64,000 bases of DNA, from positions 1,178,001 through 1,242,000 of the forward strand of contig MU008171.1 of assembly GCA_010909165.1 (NCBI GenBank), given 5' to 3'. Made by a program: the position numbers and the translations under genes. The DNA is from Anthoceros angustus. Taxonomy: Eukaryota > Plantae > Anthocerotophyta. Position 1 is the stretch's first letter. The number at the start of each line of letters is the position of its first letter. The notes under the pieces were generated by a model. That model saw only the letters and a program-made list of their open reading frames with translations, had not been told where the DNA came from and did no database searches. Below, in pieces: positions 63,040 through 64,000 of this stretch.

Positions 63040-63590
63040 TGAGCAGTTGGAGGCTCGACAGCAGTTAAGTTTAGCAGCCCTCAGTCCTCGGTTACAAATA
63101 TATGAGAGGCTATTATACAATAAGGGAAGGATTTTATTAAGGTGAAAAAACGATGGGAAAAGCCCATCCAGGAGGGGACAACCAAAGGGGACCAGGGGGT
63201 CGAGGTGAAGAGGAGCAATTGAGCTCCTACCTAAAGTCACTGCACCTACAATGTCATGTCTCCGAAGAATAAGCGGCTGCCAAACCATGGAGGTAGAGGA
63301 AGATGCGTCACCTCATGCTGCAACTTGGAGGATCAGCAGATTGAGGCGCGGAAGAAGGGCAATTGAAACCCGTTGTCGGAGTATCTTTGTAATCGAGGAA
63401 CTGCCCGCCTGTGTTTCTGGCCAGGTAGCTTTGGCACGAGACTTGACAAATTTGTGAAAGTCCTCAGTCATTGCCCCATACGTTTCTAGTGCAAGCGAAA
63501 TAAAGAGGTGGCCCGCTTGCATCCTGCTATATTTATAGCCTAAGTACATACAAGCCTTCAGAGACTTCACCAAACACAAACAAGCCTTCA
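63040..63590 (-). mobile_element. Second CRE-like non-LTR 3' fragment (REL endonuclease C-terminus plus 3' UTR)
   Basis: KYSRMQAGHLFISLALETYGA...LRQRVSIAL parallels GHKY...GHTFISLVIETHGA in the 53.5 kb element; 3' UTR-like ggggacaacc..agggg.ccagggg is shared (53208-53243 vs 63173-63198). Confidence 0.65.
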
Positions 63591-64000
63591 GCGATGACTA
63601 AACAAAGACATCACAAAGTAAACACCTTTTTCTTCTCCGGTCTTGAACGTTCTTCAATGCCCTTGAAACGCAGAAATCGGTTGATCCCGTCATTCGGAAC
63701 AAACTCTCCTAGCCTGGTGTCTTGCTTGAGGCCTACTCCACTGAGCTTGCAACCTCCCAATCGATCTTTGTGCTTGTTCCATTATTGCGCAGACCTCAAA
63801 CAAAATAGCGGGCTTCCACAATGCTTGGAATACCCATGCAAATTGCATCCAAGTCTCTGCTTCGACTTCAACTCCAGCTACCGTTCTTGATGGTTGAGGA
63901 TAAACATGATTATCATGTGTTTTTCCCTTCTTGTGTAATGTTCTTCCTTCTTCTTGTCCACACACCAAGCAAGGCGCAATAACTGGGAAGTATGTTCAAA

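Overview
Eukaryotic nuclear DNA from a seed-free land plant. Very short GT-AG introns, high gene density and a DYW:KP-type PPR suggest a hornwort, though a lycophyte or fern cannot be excluded. The first ~36 kb is a compact block of 11 apparently intact genes: PAT10-type DHHC S-acyltransferase, LRR-VIII-1 (HPCA1/VRLK1-family) receptor kinase, NAD-dependent glycerol-3-P dehydrogenase, CSP41b, a COG2426-type plastid membrane protein, complex I subunit NDUFB8, DCAF1, an intronless XS-domain/coiled-coil/RING gene, SH3P2, TIM17 and LPEAT2. From ~36.4 kb the window is a repeat- and pseudogene-rich island. It holds a decayed copy of a DxD glycosyltransferase gene (intact parent at 56.4-58.2 kb) split by a disrupted DYW:KP PPR gene, a LINE remnant, minisatellites, an R3H-family gene, a ~7.7 kb chromodomain Ty3/Gypsy element, two CRE-like non-LTR remnants, a tRNA-Leu pseudogene and a 0.9 kb G-rich tract. 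The most interesting observations are the XS-RING protein, the DYW:KP insertion into a duplicated gene, the non-TG/CA LTR termini with reciprocal repeat expansions, and the very short spacers between co-oriented genes. Exon boundaries were read by eye and family assignments come from recalled motifs, not database searches.
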